This document shows positions 63,303 through 64,000 of a stretch of 64,000 nucleotides of DNA, one piece after another. Source of the stretch: Octopus vulgaris (lineage: Eukaryota). A program made the position numbers and the translations under genes. The notes below the pieces were generated by a model. That model did not search any database. It saw nothing but the letters and a program-made list of their open reading frames with translations, and was not told where the DNA came from. The stretch covers positions 87,172,001 through 87,236,000 of the forward strand of contig OX597814.1 of the NCBI GenBank assembly GCA_951406725.2, written 5' to 3'. The stretch's first letter is position 1. The number at the start of each line of letters is the position of its first letter.

Positions 63303-64000
63303 AATAATAATAATAATAATAATTGTGTACAGTGCTCAGGTGCACTACAACTCATCTAAAGTGTATATATAATCAGGTGTAGTTTTGGCGGATTTCGGAA
63401 AGCATGCAGTGTCATGGCAGTCAACAACTGACGCAGGCAGTTTATTCCATGCTTCAGCAACTCTGAGCGTGAAAAAATGTTTCCGAAAGTCATGGGAGCT
63501 GTGTTGTTTTCTGACTTTGTAGGCATGTCCACGTGTGTTAGACACATGGAGATCAAAAAGGTGTTCAGTGTTGTTGTTGGTGAGGTGGTTGATAACTTTG
63601 TGGGTGTTTACCAAGTCCGTCGCCAGACGCCGGAGCTTCAGTGAATCCATGCCCAGGGAAACAAGGCGCTCAGAATATGGTAGGTGTCTGATGGAGGGTA
63701 TGCGTTTGGTTGCACATCTCTGGACAGATTCCAGGAGGTCAATGTTCTGAGCAAGATAGGGGTTCCAAACTGAAGTGTGGTCGTACCATAGCTGTCTACA
63801 GTTTTAAATAGATGGCTGGAGAGCGGCTAACAAAAGTCTTGCTGAGTGATGCCAAGACACCCTTGGCCTTCTTGACAATTTTAGAGATATGCTTTGTCCA
63901 ATGCAAATCACTGCTGACAGTGATGCCTAGGTCACGCTCGCAAGAGGATTTCTTGATATCAGTGTTGTGGAGGGTGTATGTGGACGCAGGGTTTTTTCTC
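63303..64000 (-). mobile_element. CR1-clade LINE 3' part (continues beyond the window)
   Basis: [47 protein letters not shown]; (ATT)n tail. Confidence 0.9.

Overview
This is eukaryotic, AT-rich DNA saturated with microsatellites and SINEs; the repeat repertoire suggests a cephalopod such as Octopus, which is inference. The whole window lies inside one + strand gene, an axonemal dynein heavy chain most like DNAH10. I traced 25 internal GT-AG exons (142-62673, 4649 nt, about 1549 codons, all splice phases compatible) covering the end of AAA3, AAA4, the stalk/MTBD, AAA5, AAA6 and the start of the C-terminal domain. The introns hold RTE, R4/Dong, CR1, Tx1-like and Penelope-like retroelement relics, a full-length dead mariner, a maT-like relic, piggyBac- and mariner-type MITEs, two non-autonomous Helitrons and many tRNA-headed SINEs. 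The strongest unexplained signals are these. (1) A candidate hidden transcription unit in the 10-kb intron 15: a CpG-rich promoter-like island ending ATG-GAT-GCA-G|GT, then phase-compatible 144-nt and 36-nt exons, giving either a 79-aa microprotein or a new leader/insert for the dynein. (2) RTE 3' UTRs built from tandem arrays of H-type pseudoknot plus variable-loop hairpin units, which look superficially CRISPR-like. (3) A PHD-like finger inside the RTE reverse transcriptase. (4) A hammerhead ribozyme motif. (5) A pile-up of R4/Dong elements in trinucleotide repeats. (6) Nested inverted repeats around exons 23-25. All calls were made by eye; no searches or folding programs were run.
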